A DNA stretch of 64,000 nt from Bugula neritina (taxonomy: Eukaryota; Animalia; Bryozoa). The position numbers and the translations under genes are program-made. Shown in pieces: positions 63,001-64,000 of this stretch. The DNA lies in NCBI GenBank assembly GCA_964035545.1, contig CAXIUT010000097.1, forward strand, positions 186,001 to 250,000. The letters run 5' to 3'. Each line of letters opens with the position of its first letter. Positions within the stretch are counted from its first letter, which is position 1. Below the pieces are notes generated by a model. The model was not told where the DNA came from. It worked only from the letters and a program-made list of their open reading frames with translations, and searched no databases.

Positions 63001-64000
63001 TACACTGCAACACACCGAAAAACACTGCAAAATAGTGTAACACACTGAAATATACTGCAACACACTGCAACATACTGCAACATACTAGAATACACTGTAA
63101 CATAGTGAAATATACTGCAACATACTGAAATACACTGTAACATACTGAAGTATACTGCAACATACTGAAATACACTGCTACATACTGAAATATACTGCAA
63201 CACACAGCAACATACTACAACATACTAAAATAAACTGTAACATATTGGAATACACTGCAACACATTGAAATTTACTGCAAAATACTGAAATACACTGCTA
63301 CATACTGAAATTTACTGCGACACACTGCAACATACTGCAACATACTAAAATGCACTGTAACATAGTGAAATAGACTGCAACACATTGAAATATACTGCAA
63401 AATACTGAAATACACTGCTATATACTGAAATACACTGCAACACACTACAACATACTGCAACATGCTAAAATATACTGCAACATACTGAAATACACTGCAA
63501 AATACTGAAATACACTGTAACATACTGAAGTATACTGCAACATACTGAAATACACTGCTACATACTGAAATATACTGCAAAATACTGAAATACACTGCTA
63601 TATACTGAAATACACTGCAACACACTACAACATACTGCAACATGCTAAAAGCTGCAACATACTGAAATACACTGCTACATACTGAAATATACTGCAACAC
63701 ACAGCAACTTACTGCAACATACTAAAATACACTGTAACATATTGAAATACACTGCAACACATTGAAATATACCGCAATGTACCGAAATATATGGTAAACT
63801 ACTGAAATATACTGTCACACATTTAAAAATACTGCAACATACTGAAATATACTGCGACACATCGCAATATAATGTAACGTACTGAAATATGCTGTAGCAC
63901 ATTGAAATACACTGCAACTCACTGAAATATACTGCAACATATTGAAATATACTGCAACATACTGAAATACACTGCTACATACTAAAATATACTGCAACAT
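54070..64000 (+). repeat. More diverged satellite subfamily zone with shuffled sub-kb blocks and no long near-perfect duplication
   Basis: Variants not noticed further left include GAAATTTACTGCGAC, ATGCTAAAA, CGGTGATATACC, GTGAAATTCAC and GCTAAAAGCTGC. Block matches: about 55460-56400 with 58910-59845 (offset 3448/3446) and 57247 with 60043 (offset 2796). Confidence 0.75.

Larger units (their letters stand above)
1..64000 (+). repeat. 10-bp-monomer tandem satellite array (ACTGCAACAY / ACTGAAATAY; about 6,400 monomers), extending past both window edges
   Basis: Every line parses into 10-mers of form AYTG(C/T/A)AA(C/T)AY, e.g. actgtaacat attgaaatac actgcaacac attgaaatat. The column phase is held for kilobases. 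No non-satellite insert or inverted segment was seen. The + strand is A-rich with about one G per monomer. Confidence 0.98.

Noticed and set aside
152-64000. Several hundred minus-strand ORFs encoding Cys/Val/Tyr/Gln-rich peptides (LQYVAVYFSM, CCSVFQ)
   Set aside because: These are artefacts of the repeat. The + strand has TGA in most B-type monomers, while the minus strand has many ATG (CAT on +) and few stops. The 10-bp period yields the same peptide motifs in all three overlapping frames, and recurrent 1-bp indels show no frame conservation.
1-64000. CRISPR-like or variable-cassette array (conserved landmarks separated by variable-length stretches)
   Set aside because: The intervening sequence is the same satellite rather than unique spacers. 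There is no leader, and no cas, recombinase or reverse transcriptase gene.
1-64000. Telomeric repeat
   Set aside because: The strand skew is strong, but there are no G-runs, and the monomers are heterogeneous with kilobase HORs, unlike telomerase products. A subtelomeric location cannot be excluded.
1-64000. Assignment to an organism or named satellite family
   Set aside because: I do not reliably recognise the monomer and there is no unique sequence to place it. A database search is needed.

Overview
The whole 64-kb window is one uninterrupted, single-orientation, AT-rich tandem satellite array, almost certainly eukaryotic heterochromatin (possibly peri/centromeric or subtelomeric). I see no genes, RNA genes, transposons or CRISPR array. 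The basic monomer is 10 bp with two subtypes, ACTGCAACAY and ACTGAAATAY, which mostly alternate to give 20- and 40-bp periods. All tracked ORFs are minus-strand artefacts of the repeat. The interest lies in a deep hierarchy: 10 bp, then 20/40 bp, then 120/140-bp units punctuated by a TGCTAC monomer, then 360/510-bp units carrying two paralogous TACC-N9-GGTA landmark modules, then recent kilobase tandem duplications (2489/3257 forming a 5746 dimer, 3127, about 4.8 kb with nested 2338/2389 and 229, 1929, 1350, 5058, 1878 bp). The duplications checked are in register with the 10-bp monomer, and several overlap so their order can be read from shared variants. The last ~10 kb is a more diverged subfamily. 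I found no evidence of a novel protein-based system. All alignments were done by eye with help from ORF-track offsets, so breakpoints are approximate to a few tens of bp.
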